Source of the DNA: a bacterium
GTDB taxonomy: Bacteria; SZUA-182; DTGQ01; JAFGSM01
Direction: 5' to 3'
Length of the DNA stretch: 54,432 nt
Assembly (NCBI GenBank): GCA_016934595.1
Contig: JAFGSM010000265.1
Coordinates: 1 to 54,432, forward strand
Shown here: positions 38,632 to 49,446 of the stretch, piece after piece
Layout of the letters: each line of letters starts with the position of its first letter
How positions within the stretch are numbered: the first letter of the stretch is position 1
Notes under the pieces: generated by a model
Databases searched by the model: none
Told to the model about the DNA's origin: nothing
Seen by the model: only the letters and a program-made list of their open reading frames with translations
Translations under genes and position numbers: made by a program

Positions 38632-39683
38632 GCAAAAAAGGGCTTCTTCTATCGACAAATGTGGCCTACTGGCCTTCTGTGGGGGGCACGGAGAGGGTTC
38701 TTCAGAATATACTTGAGGGGGTAAGCGACCTTTTTGAGAGGGTTGTCGTTTTTTGCCCGAGGGAAAACGGCGAAATCGTCTTCCACAATGGTGTGGAGAT
38801 ATTTCCATATAAAAGAAGGGTTCTCAGGGCCTTTGCCAGAAAAAACAGGCCTGCCGTATATTTTCCGAATGTTGTTCATAGCCCCATAACCTATGAAAAT
38901 ATAAAGAAAATAAGCGGATATTCAAAAAAGACCATAGTAAATATGGTAGGCGGCTATGGCATAGGATACCCACTAAGGCTCAGAAAGAGATATCTGGATA
39001 ATATTGAAAGATTTGCTGACTGCGCTGTCCATGTTGACAGGCTTAGCATTGAATATTTTATAGATAATGCGATCAATCCGAATATACATTTCGCTTTTAT
39101 AAACCAGGGCATATCATTTGAGGAGCTGGATAGTTACAGACCGGTGGTCGGTATGAATGATGCCCCTTATTTTGTTTATGCGCACAACCTTTGGGATTGG
39201 AAGAGGCCGGAGATTTTTATCAGGGATATAGTCGCCATGCTGCCTGATATCGATTTTAAGATCGTAGCGCATGACAAGACTGGAAATGTCATAAAGGATG
39301 TCATTGATATGTCTAAGAATTATCCCAATCTGGAGGTTTTGCTTGGCCTAAAAAGGGATGAGTTCCTGAAAGCCATCGCCAATTCGAGCGGAATCATATC
39401 AACCAGCGGGATAGAAGGGGCTCAGCCTAATATAATGCTTGAATCGGGTTATCTGGGGATACCTTATCTTACATCTGCCCCCTATCAGAATTTCGGTCAT
39501 TATCCCCATGTGGAGATGTTCGAAGACGTGCCTCACCTGGCAGAAAGAGTAAAAAAGATAAGATACTCGATATTAAAGGAAAAGGAGAAGGAACTGGCAA
39601 GGGCAAGGGAGTTTTTTTCCAGGGAGGTGTTTTCCTGGGTATATATCATAGAACAATATCGCAGTCTTTTTACTGAAGCTTAA
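38628..39683 (+). CDS. GT-B (GT4-like) glycosyltransferase
   Basis: PSVGGTERV, WKRPE, EGAQPNIMLESGYLGIP. Confidence 0.75.
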   Translation: MSKKGLLLSTNVAYWPSVGGTERVLQNILEGVSDLFERVVVFCPRENGEIVFHNGVEIFPYKRRVLRAFARKNRPAVYFPNVVHSPITYENIKKISGYSKKTIVNMVGGYGIGYPLRLRKRYLDNIERFADCAVHVDRLSIEYFIDNAINPNIHFAFINQGISFEELDSYRPVVGMNDAPYFVYAHNLWDWKRPEIFIRDIVAMLPDIDFKIVAHDKTGNVIKDVIDMSKNYPNLEVLLGLKRDEFLKAIANSSGIISTSGIEGAQPNIMLESGYLGIPYLTSAPYQNFGHYPHVEMFEDVPHLAERVKKIRYSILKEKEKELARAREFFSREVFSWVYIIEQYRSLFTEA

Positions 39684-39723
39684 AAAGAACTGGCCCTCTT
39701 TGATGCCTGGCTGGAAGACATAG

Positions 39724-40608
39724 ATGATTATTGTTAGATTATTTGGCGGTCTGGGAAATCAGATGTTTCAGTATGCCCTTGGACGAAGGCTATCCTATAT
39801 CAATGATTGCCCTCTAAAGTTTGATACACAGTGGTATATGATCAACCAGGAAAAGACGGATAGAAGGTATCTGCTGAGCAGTTTCAATATCGCAGGGGAA
39901 ATAGCTGCAAAGGAGGAGATTGATGCCTTCCTTGAAAAATGGAATAGATTTTACTGTATATTCAATAAGTTATTCAAAAACCGTGGGCGCTGCTCTGATG
40001 TTCATATAGTGAAAGAAAGACATTATCGGTTCGATTTAGAAATCCTTAACATAAAAGGCAATGTCTACCTTGATGGTTACTGGCAGAGTGAAAGATATTT
40101 TGATGAAATCAGGGATCTGATCCTTCAGGATTTTATGGCTAAGGAGGCATTGACAGGAAAGAACAGTCACCTTGCTGAAAACATTCTGAATTCCGATTCT
40201 ATAAGCATGCATATCAGGAGAGGCGATTATATATCCGATGAGAGGAGCAATAAATATCATGGCGTCTGTGATCTGGGTTATTATGAAAGGGCATCGTCAA
40301 AGATCGCCCAACATGTCGCGAATCCTGTATTTTATGTTTTTTCAGATGAGGTGCCCTGGGCAAGAGACAATCTTTCCATTGACTTCCCATTGGTGTTTGT
40401 AGATCACAACCTGCCAGGAAAAGAAAGTGAAGATATCAGGTTGATGGCAATGTGCAGGCATAATATCATTGCAAACAGTAGTTTTAGCTGGTGGGGGGCA
40501 TGGTTAAACAGGAATCCCGAAAAAATGGTTATAGCTCCTCAAAGATGGTTTACTGACAATAAAATCGATACAAGGGACCTGATACCAAATTCCTGGATCA
40601 GGCTATAA
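39724..40608 (+). CDS. Alpha-1,2-fucosyltransferase (GT11)
   Basis: GGLGNQMFQYA, GYWQSERYF, HIRRGDY, FSD, NSSFSWWGAWL. Confidence 0.93.
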   Translation: MIIVRLFGGLGNQMFQYALGRRLSYINDCPLKFDTQWYMINQEKTDRRYLLSSFNIAGEIAAKEEIDAFLEKWNRFYCIFNKLFKNRGRCSDVHIVKERHYRFDLEILNIKGNVYLDGYWQSERYFDEIRDLILQDFMAKEALTGKNSHLAENILNSDSISMHIRRGDYISDERSNKYHGVCDLGYYERASSKIAQHVANPVFYVFSDEVPWARDNLSIDFPLVFVDHNLPGKESEDIRLMAMCRHNIIANSSFSWWGAWLNRNPEKMVIAPQRWFTDNKIDTRDLIPNSWIRL

Positions 40609-40619
40609 AGGTCAAAGAT

Positions 40620-41723
40620 ATGCCTAAACCAAAGATTACGGTGCTGATGCCGGTATATAATTGCTATAAATATATCGGATGTGCGGTTGAGAGTATACTG
40701 GGTCAGACATACAGGGATTTTGAGTTTTTGATAATAGACGACGGCTCTAATGACTGTACACTGGATATTGTTAAGCGCCTTCAAAATAGGGACCCCCGTA
40801 TAAGATTGATCCGTAACGAAAGGGAGAAAGGTGTTGCCGGAGCGCTGAATACCGGCATAGATAAAGCGCAGGGGGAGTTTATAGCCAGAATGGATGGCGA
40901 TGATATCAGCCTTCCGGATAGGTTTAAGTTACAGTCAGATTTTCTGGACAGGAATAGTGATGTGGGCGTATGCGGGTCATGGGTAATACAGATAGGTTGT
41001 CAGCCAAACAGGATAATAAGGTATCCGGGGGGCAATGAGGAAATAGTGGCGAGACTTTTGTTTGAATCGGTAATAGCCCATCCTGCTGTTATGATGCGAA
41101 GAGATCTGTTTGATTCAGGAATTAGGTATAACACAGAGGCAAGACATGCTGAGGATTATGATTTATGGGTCAGGTGCAGGACATCGACAAGATTTCACAA
41201 TATACAAAAGGCGCTTCTTTTATACAGGAGACATCAGGAAAATATCAGCAATAGATGCATTCATCCTCAGATCGAGTATTCGAACAGGATAAGATATGAT
41301 CAATTGAAAAATCTGGGGTTTTCCCCTTCAAGAGAGGAGATGATTATTCACGACTCCATATCAAACGGGGCTTATGAAAAGGGCGAGGATTATATAAAAA
41401 GCGCGCAAAACTGGCTGATAAAGCTTTACAGGGTTAACAATGAGACGTCTGTATATGACAGAAAAACATTTACTGATTTCCTCATCAAAAAATGGTTTGA
41501 GATAGCCTTTTATAACAATGAAGGAGTAATTAGAGCTTTAAAGACCTTTCTGGGATCGTCTTTGTTCAAATCTGTTAGCCGGTCTAAGTTTAAGGGGTTT
41601 ATGCTTGTCATGGAAAGGACATTCGAGGATGTCTCAGACAGATTATATACCTTGATCCATTGCCATCAATCGAAAAGGACTATATATGCCAAAAAGATTT
41701 TCTTTGATAATCCCAACATGTAA
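40620..41723 (+). CDS. Glycosyltransferase family 2
   Basis: VLMPVYN, DDGSND, ARMDGDD, EDYDLW. Confidence 0.93.
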   Translation: MPKPKITVLMPVYNCYKYIGCAVESILGQTYRDFEFLIIDDGSNDCTLDIVKRLQNRDPRIRLIRNEREKGVAGALNTGIDKAQGEFIARMDGDDISLPDRFKLQSDFLDRNSDVGVCGSWVIQIGCQPNRIIRYPGGNEEIVARLLFESVIAHPAVMMRRDLFDSGIRYNTEARHAEDYDLWVRCRTSTRFHNIQKALLLYRRHQENISNRCIHPQIEYSNRIRYDQLKNLGFSPSREEMIIHDSISNGAYEKGEDYIKSAQNWLIKLYRVNNETSVYDRKTFTDFLIKKWFEIAFYNNEGVIRALKTFLGSSLFKSVSRSKFKGFMLVMERTFEDVSDRLYTLIHCHQSKRTIYAKKIFFDNPNM

Positions 41724-42612
41724 CAGGCCTAAGGGGATTTCGAGGACCATTGAATTTATCATGGCGAATACCATGAAGCCTTTTGAGACAATAGTGGTTG
41801 ATCAGAGCGATGACGATGAAACCGAAGCCATTGTCAAAGGGTTACAGGGCGCAGACATGTGCATAAGATACATAAGGGACAGGAAAAAGGGCCTCTCAAG
41901 GGCGAAAAATATCGGGATCGGCAGCGCAACTGGCGATATCCTGATTTTTTTGGATGATGACGGCTATACCGGAAAGGACTGGCTGGAAGAGATGGCCAGG
42001 GCCTTTGAAGACAAAAGGTTTGATGCAGGGATTGTATTCGGAAGGGTTTTGCCTGTATATGAGGAGAAAAACACATCCTGGGAGATGCCTGAAAGGTGGA
42101 GATACCTTTTGCCTGCATACGATCAAGGGGACAGGCTGGAGAGGATGGCGGAGGATTCCCTGCCAGGCGGAGGAAACACCGCTATACCGAGGGAAGTCTT
42201 TGACAGGGTAGGGGGGTATAGAGAGGAACTGGGAGTGAATTTTTCAAAAGATGCACAGTTATACGGGGAGGATAGCGAATTCGCCTTAAGGGTCAAAAAG
42301 GCGGGATATGACCTTGTTTACAATCCTGGGGCTATTCTCTATCACCCTGTTCAGATGTCAAGACAGAATCAGGGATTCTTGAACAGGAGGCTGTATGCCG
42401 AAGGCATCAGCCAGATATATATACATCTTGCGGCAAACCGGTTTTCGTTTATTTCGAGGGCAAGATCCCTTGTGACATCCCTGCGGGTGTCATGCATGTT
42501 TCTTATAAAGGCATTGTCAATGTCAAGGACTGAATATTCAGGGGAGACCAGCTTTGTAAAGGGTGTCTGGGCAGGCTGCATAAATTACGCCCTTTTAAAT
42601 AAGGAGATGTAA
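41686..42612 (+). CDS. Glycosyltransferase family 2
   Basis: SLIIPT.NR, GLSRAKNIG, FLDDD, GED.EF. Confidence 0.9.
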   Translation: MPKRFSLIIPTCNRPKGISRTIEFIMANTMKPFETIVVDQSDDDETEAIVKGLQGADMCIRYIRDRKKGLSRAKNIGIGSATGDILIFLDDDGYTGKDWLEEMARAFEDKRFDAGIVFGRVLPVYEEKNTSWEMPERWRYLLPAYDQGDRLERMAEDSLPGGGNTAIPREVFDRVGGYREELGVNFSKDAQLYGEDSEFALRVKKAGYDLVYNPGAILYHPVQMSRQNQGFLNRRLYAEGISQIYIHLAANRFSFISRARSLVTSLRVSCMFLIKALSMSRTEYSGETSFVKGVWAGCINYALLNKEM

Positions 42613-42690
42613 GACCAACATGAGACCCCAGCCAGGCCATCCTATTCGATGGGGTCATAGGCATTTAAATAATGAGGATGTGAGATTAGC

Positions 42691-43863
42691 ATGGACCATT
42701 TGAATCCCTTATATAACCTTGTGGATTTATCCAGATTTCTCCTTTTCCATGGGATGCTTGACCGTATTTCACTAAAAAGAGTCCCTGCAGCTATAAGAGA
42801 AAATAGCGTTCTCATCGTCCGTTTGGATGCCATAGGCGATTTTATCCTTTGGCTGGGGGCGGCAAAAGAACTTCGAAGGCTATATCCCGAAGGCCGGCAT
42901 AAAATAACCCTGCTTGCAAATACGGCATGGTCTTCTCTTGCAGGGGGCCTGCCATACTGGGATGAGGTTTGGGCCTTTGATAGGAGTAAATTTTTGTGCA
43001 ATCCCGTCTATCGTATGCGGATGTTGAAGAGGATACAATCTGCCGGTTTTGAGACGGTTATCCATCCCGCCTTTTCCCGCGATTTTTTTGCGGCGGATTC
43101 GGCCGTGCATGCATCCAGCGCCAGAGAAAAGATCGGTTTCACAGGAGATATATCCAATATCAAACCATATCAAAAACGGATCAGTGACGGATGGTATACC
43201 CGGCTTATCCATGCATCGCCCTATCCACTGATGGAGTTGAGGCGCAATGCGGAATTTGTAAGAGGCATTACCTCTAATGGATTCAGGGCAGGGCTGCCTG
43301 TTATTGATATTGAAAATTCAAAACCTGCTCTGGATCTTTCGCAGGAATTCTACATACTTTTTCCTGGAGCAAGCTGGAGGAAAAGGATGTGGCGGGCTGA
43401 AAATTTCGCCATGCTGTCTGAAAGGATATACCGGAAGACAGGCTGGACAGGGGTGATATGCGGAAGCACAAGGGAGGCGGATGCAGGCATATCCATAAGG
43501 GAAATGTCTCACGCGCCGTTGATAGACCTTACAGGGAAAACAAATCTCATTGATCTTGCCTGTATAATAAGAAAGGGGCGATGCCTTGTTGGAAATGAGA
43601 CCGGCGCTGTGCATCTTGCCGCTGCCCTTAACACGCCATCGGTTTGCATCACAGGGGGCGGGCATTTTGGACGGTTCATACCTTATGATCTGGAGATTGA
43701 AACGGATAGGGCATTGCCGAGGCCGGTTTTTAAAAGGATGGACTGCTATGGGTGCAATTGGATATGCAGGTATGGCAGTCCCAAAACGGGCCCGTTTCCA
43801 TGTATAGACGGTATATCTTTGGATAACGTCTGGGATTCTGTGCTGGAGGTCTTGGAAAAATGA
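42691..43863 (+). CDS. Glycosyltransferase family 9 (heptosyltransferase-like)
   Basis: RLDAIGD, PGASW..RMW, LTGKTNL, GNETGAVHLAAA, Cys-rich tail. Confidence 0.9.
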   Translation: MDHLNPLYNLVDLSRFLLFHGMLDRISLKRVPAAIRENSVLIVRLDAIGDFILWLGAAKELRRLYPEGRHKITLLANTAWSSLAGGLPYWDEVWAFDRSKFLCNPVYRMRMLKRIQSAGFETVIHPAFSRDFFAADSAVHASSAREKIGFTGDISNIKPYQKRISDGWYTRLIHASPYPLMELRRNAEFVRGITSNGFRAGLPVIDIENSKPALDLSQEFYILFPGASWRKRMWRAENFAMLSERIYRKTGWTGVICGSTREADAGISIREMSHAPLIDLTGKTNLIDLACIIRKGRCLVGNETGAVHLAAALNTPSVCITGGGHFGRFIPYDLEIETDRALPRPVFKRMDCYGCNWICRYGSPKTGPFPCIDGISLDNVWDSVLEVLEK

Positions 43864-44642
43864 TGTTTTCCTTTGTCATACCTACCCGCAATCAGGCAGG
43901 GTTTCTGAGCCGCTGCATCGACAGTTGCCTTGCGCAGGGGATCGTTGATAGCGAGATCATAGTCGTGGATGGGGCTTCAACGGACGGGACAATTCGTGTC
44001 CTTGATTCCTACGGCCCCAGGATACGATGGATCTCCGAACCGGATAAAGGCCAGTCGGATGCCCTCAACAAGGGGATAAAGATGGCCCAGGGTGAATTCA
44101 TAGCATGGATCAATTCGGATGACTATTATCCGTGTCCTGATGTCCTGAAGCGGGTGGAATCGGCGATCGAAAAAAATCCCAAACTGGATATAATTTATGG
44201 AGACGGCATGATGGTGGATGGTGAGGGGAAACCCTTCCGCCGTTTTTACAGTTATCCGGTTTATTCGGCAAAGGACATCCTGATAAGGCCTGTTTTTGTG
44301 CTGCAGCCGGCCCTTTTTTTTCGAAGAAGGATTTTTTTCGATGCAGGGGGTCTGCGCACAGACCTTCACCTTTCAATGGATCAGGACCTTTGGCTCCGGA
44401 TGTTTCCGCTTGCCCGTTCAACCCTGTATATCCCGGAGATATTTGCCCACGCCGTTTACCATAGCTCTGCCAAGTCCGTCAAAGACCTGTATGCCCAGGT
44501 GAATGAGCTGTGGGCAGTCAAAGACGCCCACAGGAAGGAGATAAGGCTGAATCTGTACGAGCGCATCCGTTATCGCATGGGCATGTCAAAGATGTACGCC
44601 TATGTGGCGGCTGTAAAGCTGGGACTTTGGAAGCACTGTTGA
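43860..44642 (+). CDS. Glycosyltransferase family 2
   Basis: VDGASTDGT, SEPDKGQSDALNKG, WINSDD. Confidence 0.92.
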   Translation: MMFSFVIPTRNQAGFLSRCIDSCLAQGIVDSEIIVVDGASTDGTIRVLDSYGPRIRWISEPDKGQSDALNKGIKMAQGEFIAWINSDDYYPCPDVLKRVESAIEKNPKLDIIYGDGMMVDGEGKPFRRFYSYPVYSAKDILIRPVFVLQPALFFRRRIFFDAGGLRTDLHLSMDQDLWLRMFPLARSTLYIPEIFAHAVYHSSAKSVKDLYAQVNELWAVKDAHRKEIRLNLYERIRYRMGMSKMYAYVAAVKLGLWKHC

Positions 44643-44684
44643 AGGCGGTCTACAAAAGAGTATTTTTGTCTCGAAAATAGCATC

Positions 44685-45851
44685 CTATTTTGAGAGTATC
44701 TTCTCTTCTATGCCTTTAAAGACCTGTTCCGGAAAAATCCTTTCCATGCATGGCCGATCGGGCTGGCGACAGTTGTAAGGAGAACATGGATTATATCTGC
44801 AGCCTGGATCGAAGAATACAAGGTCTTTTGGTCCGAAATGTCCAAAGACTTCAGGTATGCCAGGGCCAAAAAGCTGTACAACGGGTGTGCCTGTAGATGC
44901 GGCAATGTGAGTCAGACCGCTGTCATTTCCAACAAAAAGACCTGCCATTGCGATAAGAGCCGTGGTCACTGTGAGCGTGAGCCCCCCGCACAGGTTTAAC
45001 AGACGGTCATTGTGTCTGCATTCATATTCCACCTTGCCGGCATTTGCAATATCCCCCTTTGATCCCACAAGACAGACAAACGCTCCTCTTTTTTCTATAA
45101 GCAGGTCGGCCAGCTCTGCAAAACGGCCAGGAGGCCATGTCTTGGTCTGATGCATAGCCCCGGGAGCAAATACTGCCAATAAACGCCCGTCATATCCACC
45201 CTCCTCAAGGGCCTTTTTAGCCAGACTGATGTCATCCATGGAATAAAAGGACTCCATAGGATATGCCCTTACCTCCATCCCTAAAGGGGAGAGCGCTTCT
45301 GCCATGATTTCCCTTATTGAGCGGTTTTTAAGATCCCTTTTAACAGGGTGGGTCAGAAAAAATCCGCCGCCCATACTCGTGTGGCCAATACGCCATTTAG
45401 CACGGCTGCGAAAGGATGCCCAGCAGTTGGCAAGCCCCCCCAGAAAATCTATGCAAAGGTCATATTTTCGGGCGGTGATATCCTGAAAGACCTTTTTAGC
45501 TTCGGCAAATCTTCCCCGTTTCATCTCACGTACCCTGTATATCGGGTTGTCTAGAAAAAAGATATTTTCAAAGCAAGGGAAAGTCTTGATTATATCATGG
45601 GCCCTTGGACCTGCCAGGGCATCCATCCTTGCATCAGGAAAACGCTCCTTTAAGGCGCGGATGCAGCCTGTGCTCAAAACTGCGTCACCCATACCGCATG
45701 TGCACATAACAAGGATGGAATTTATATTAGATGTATCCAACGGCTTTGACATAAGCCTATGGGGCGCAAATGCCAACCCCCCAAGCCCGTCGATAAGGAA
45801 TAAAATATACCTGAACCGGTTTTCTATGAATTCATATTTATGCGGAAGCAT
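44685..45851 (-). CDS. Glycosyltransferase family 9 (heptosyltransferase-like)
   Basis: GMGDAVL, PGA...KTWP, GNDSGLTHIAA, LFGP, C.PC. Confidence 0.92.
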   Translation of the reverse strand: MLPHKYEFIENRFRYILFLIDGLGGLAFAPHRLMSKPLDTSNINSILVMCTCGMGDAVLSTGCIRALKERFPDARMDALAGPRAHDIIKTFPCFENIFFLDNPIYRVREMKRGRFAEAKKVFQDITARKYDLCIDFLGGLANCWASFRSRAKWRIGHTSMGGGFFLTHPVKRDLKNRSIREIMAEALSPLGMEVRAYPMESFYSMDDISLAKKALEEGGYDGRLLAVFAPGAMHQTKTWPPGRFAELADLLIEKRGAFVCLVGSKGDIANAGKVEYECRHNDRLLNLCGGLTLTVTTALIAMAGLFVGNDSGLTHIAASTGTPVVQLFGPGIPEVFGHFGPKDLVFFDPGCRYNPCSPYNCRQPDRPCMERIFPEQVFKGIEEKILSK

Positions 45852-46011
45852 CTATAAATACCCTCCCCTGGATTATGTATCATGTTTCCATATAAAAATT
45901 CAAACCAAATTTGAGAAAAATATCACGAATTGACGATATAAATAATAGGATATCCATAAATTAACTGTAATTTTAAATTCGTAAGTCACATAATTTTATT
46001 AATTAATCCGA

Positions 46012-47370
46012 ATGAATCCCAAAGCAAATTTATTGATAATAGACGATGAGAAGCCCATAAGGGAACTTTTACGCGATGTTATGGCAAATGACAGGTTTGT
46101 CAGGATAGAGACAGCAGAAAACGGCAGGGATGCCCTGGATAAACTGAAAGGATTTCCTGCCGACATCATAGTAAGCGATATTATGATGCCTGAGATGAAT
46201 GGACTCGAGTTAATGAAGAATTTAAGGGCTGCCAATTCGGATGCCTATGTGCTTTTTATCACTGGATACGGGAATATTACCAATGCAGTTGAAGCTATGA
46301 AGTTAGGGGCTTACGATTATATCACCAAACCTTTTGACCCGTCGGATTTGCGCACCAAGATTCAAAGGATAATCAAGCGGGAGATGTTTTTTGAAGATAA
46401 TAAAACTGACGGAAATATCTGCCATTCTTTTGAAAATCTTATAGGGCAGAATAAAGTTATGGTAGATATCTATAAAACAATCAATCATATAGCCCCTTCA
46501 AACGCCACTGTTTTGATAACCGGGGAAAGCGGCACGGGAAAGGAACTCATCGCCGAGGCAATACATCATAGAAGCCTGAGAAAGGGAAAGCCGTTTATTA
46601 AATTCAACTGTGCTTCATTGACAGAAGGGCTGATAAACAGCGAGCTTTTCGGTCATGAAAAGGGGGCGTTCACAGGAGCGATAAAACAGAAAAAGGGTAT
46701 CTTTGAACTGGCAGACAAAGGGACAGTATTTCTGGATGAGATAGGAGATGTACCCCCCTCTGTTCAGATATCCCTATTGCGTTTTCTCGAGGACAGGACG
46801 TTTAAGCGCATCGGGGGAAATCAGATACTCAAGCTTGATTGCAGGGTTATCTGCGCCACAAACAAGGTTATCCCCGATCTCGTAAAAAATGGAAGTTTCA
46901 GGGAAGACCTTTATTACCGGATCAAGGTAATCACAATAAATGCACCGCCTCTTCGTGAGAGGAGATCGGATATCCCCCTTTTGGCAAACTATTTTCTTAA
47001 GAAGTATTCAGATGAGAACAAAAGGCGCATATCACGCATCTCCCCATCCGGCATGGATATGCTTATTGCCTATAGCTGGCCCGGCAATGTAAGGGAACTG
47101 GCAAATGTCATCGGACACGGCGTGTTGATTTGCAACAAGGAAGAAATAACACCCGCCTGCCTGCCCAGTGAGATAAATCCGGGATGCAATGGAGGGGGAT
47201 TTTCTTTGACCCTAAGATCAAGATCCATCCCCCTTGCCGAGTCCATTCTTGTAAAAAAGGTTCTGGAAGAGAATAACTGGAATTACAAAAAGGCGGCAAA
47301 AGACCTGGATATAGCCCGTAACACCTTGTACAGCAAAACAAAAAGATACGGTATTAAAAAGCCTCAATAG
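46012..47370 (+). CDS. Sigma54-dependent NtrC-family response regulator
   Basis: REC, GESGTGKE, SELFGHEKGAFTGA, FLDEI, WPGNVREL, Fis HTH. Confidence 0.96.
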   Translation: MNPKANLLIIDDEKPIRELLRDVMANDRFVRIETAENGRDALDKLKGFPADIIVSDIMMPEMNGLELMKNLRAANSDAYVLFITGYGNITNAVEAMKLGAYDYITKPFDPSDLRTKIQRIIKREMFFEDNKTDGNICHSFENLIGQNKVMVDIYKTINHIAPSNATVLITGESGTGKELIAEAIHHRSLRKGKPFIKFNCASLTEGLINSELFGHEKGAFTGAIKQKKGIFELADKGTVFLDEIGDVPPSVQISLLRFLEDRTFKRIGGNQILKLDCRVICATNKVIPDLVKNGSFREDLYYRIKVITINAPPLRERRSDIPLLANYFLKKYSDENKRRISRISPSGMDMLIAYSWPGNVRELANVIGHGVLICNKEEITPACLPSEINPGCNGGGFSLTLRSRSIPLAESILVKKVLEENNWNYKKAAKDLDIARNTLYSKTKRYGIKKPQ

Positions 47371-47782
47371 ATCATTTTTCCTCTCAAGATAGTCTCTATT
47401 TTCACTGAAAATCCCCCTTTCCGAATTGAAGATTAATGAATGTTTAATTTTTTTATTCCCGCAAACTGGCATGATATTTTACTCAGAATTCACATTTATC
47501 AAAATATATCATAATACCTGTCCTCCCTATGTGTATGCTGGAGAAAATGTCATACAGGGTTTATCGCCTCATGCAACAGTGTTTTCTCCATGCGCATAAT
47601 GGCGTAACATTCTGAAATGCTGCGCAAAACAGCCTCGCCCATTTTTAGCTTTAGGGTATTTGAATAATGATTTGGAAGATTTGAATAACGATGAAAATAT
47701 CTTTATAATACAGCGCATTAAAAATTTGATGGATGCAGGCCAGGAAGATTTATCATGCAATAACCGGGAACGGATCAAGGAA

Positions 47783-48430
47783 ATGTACATTATTATTATA
47801 GGATGTGGAAGATTGGGATCGGAGCTCGCATTTATGCTTTCCGAAGAGGGGCATGATGTTGTTGTGATCGACAAGAATAGCCAGTCTTTCGCCAGGCTTG
47901 GATCAGCATTTAACGGGATTACGATCACTGGCAACGGATTTAACTGTGAAATCCTTGAAGATGCGGGTATAAAAAAGGCAGATTCCCTGCTTGCTGTAAC
48001 GGATGAAGACAACACCAATATCATCGCCGTCCAAATCGCCAAGCAGGTATACAATATACAGAATGTAATGGCCCGTGTGTACGACCCCAAAAGGGCGAAT
48101 ACATATAACAAATTGGGCCTGGATATCATAAGCAGCACCACTGTTTTTGCCCGTGTCCTTCGTGATCAGCTCATCAAAAACAACATAGAAAAGGCGATAT
48201 CGCCATATCAGGGCAGGATTGCATTATACACCTTTGAGGTAGAAGAGACACTGGCAGGGAAGATGGTGAAAGACATCAATAAACCCGGTATCTTTATTTT
48301 ATCCATGATCGAAACCAAAGGCCAGATGATATTGCCGCATCCGGATTATCCCTTGACTGAAGGGGACAAAATCACTGGAATCGGCACAGTGGAAGGCCGT
48401 GAAGAGATCCAAAAGATGTTCAGCGGATGA
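47783..48430 (+). CDS. trkA: TrkA/KtrA-type RCK potassium uptake regulator
   Basis: IIIIGCGRLG, DAGI..AD, DNTN, ARVYDP; start set at MYIIII. Confidence 0.9.
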   Translation: MYIIIIGCGRLGSELAFMLSEEGHDVVVIDKNSQSFARLGSAFNGITITGNGFNCEILEDAGIKKADSLLAVTDEDNTNIIAVQIAKQVYNIQNVMARVYDPKRANTYNKLGLDIISSTTVFARVLRDQLIKNNIEKAISPYQGRIALYTFEVEETLAGKMVKDINKPGIFILSMIETKGQMILPHPDYPLTEGDKITGIGTVEGREEIQKMFSG

Positions 48431-48593
48431 AAGGGTATGCGCTGGAACTATTCGCTAAGGCAAAGGCCGGAATCCGGAACAATTTGAAAAAACGGGATTC
48501 CGTGTCAAAAAGGAATGATACAATAAGGTAAAATCGGATCTTTACGGGATCATTGCGTCTTTGTAAAAGACATGCCTCGGGGGCAGGTATGGT

Positions 48594-49268
48594 ATGAATA
48601 TTATCCTTGTTGGCGGAGGACAGGTAGGATTTTTTTTGGCTAAATCCCTGATAAAAAACCGTCACCATTGTGTATTAATAGAGAAGGACGCGTCCATATG
48701 CCAGGAGATAGCTAAAGCGCTTGGCATAACGGTTATCAACGGGGATGCATGCGAAGGGAAAACCCTTGAGGATGCCGGCATCACAAGGGCGGATGTCCTT
48801 GTGGCAGTGACAGGCTCGGATGCGGATAATCTCGTTGCCTGTCAGCTTGCCAAGCAATTCTTCAGGATCAAACGCACCCTTGCGAGGGTGAACGACCCCC
48901 AAAATGAAAGGCCATTTTCTCATCTGGGGGTCGATGTACCAATCAACAGCACATCCATCTTGACAAAGATCATTGAAGAAGAGGCCACCCTGAGCGATCT
49001 TGTGACTCTTTTCAGTTTTAAGCGGGGCAAACTATCGGTTATAAGGATATCCTTAACTGACGAGTCCCCTGTGGCGAATAAAAAGATACAGGATATAAGG
49101 CTGCCTGCCAATTCCGTCATCGTGTCGATTTTAAGAGGAAACGATATCATTATCCCCAAGGGGTCGACGGTGCTGAAACCCCAGGACGATTTGGTTGCGC
49201 TTACGATGATCGAGAATGAAGGGGAGCTATTTGATCTTCTCGTGGGCAGGATAGATAATATCATTTAA
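48594..49268 (+). CDS. trkA: Second TrkA/KtrA-type RCK protein
   Basis: LVGGGQVG, GDAC, DADNL, ARVNDP, RCK_C IIPKG.T.L. Confidence 0.92.
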   Translation: MNIILVGGGQVGFFLAKSLIKNRHHCVLIEKDASICQEIAKALGITVINGDACEGKTLEDAGITRADVLVAVTGSDADNLVACQLAKQFFRIKRTLARVNDPQNERPFSHLGVDVPINSTSILTKIIEEEATLSDLVTLFSFKRGKLSVIRISLTDESPVANKKIQDIRLPANSVIVSILRGNDIIIPKGSTVLKPQDDLVALTMIENEGELFDLLVGRIDNII

Positions 49269-49274
49269 AGATAT

Positions 49275-49386
49275 CTCTATTTTGCACTTTTTTAAAACAA
49301 GCTATATTTTTCAATAAGATATGCGATCAAAACAACATAATTTGTCAATATTTTCATAATGTTACACAAAAAGTGCAAAAGTAGAG
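49275..49386. mobile_element. 112-bp MITE with 6-bp target-site duplication
   Basis: TIRs ctcta-ttttgcactttt / aaaagtgcaaaagtagag; agatat at 49269-49274 and 49387-49392. Confidence 0.8.
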
Positions 49387-49446
49387 AGATATATAAACGC
49401 TCATAAACACGTTGTTCAGCCCCGAGGATAAAAAGTATTTTCATGG

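Noticed and set aside
47660-47782. N-terminal extension of TrkA in the ORF track (also the long starts of cheB, cheY, cheW, Hpt and the 51031 ORF)
   Set aside because: Downstream ATGs fit domain starts, RBSs or stop-start overlaps better
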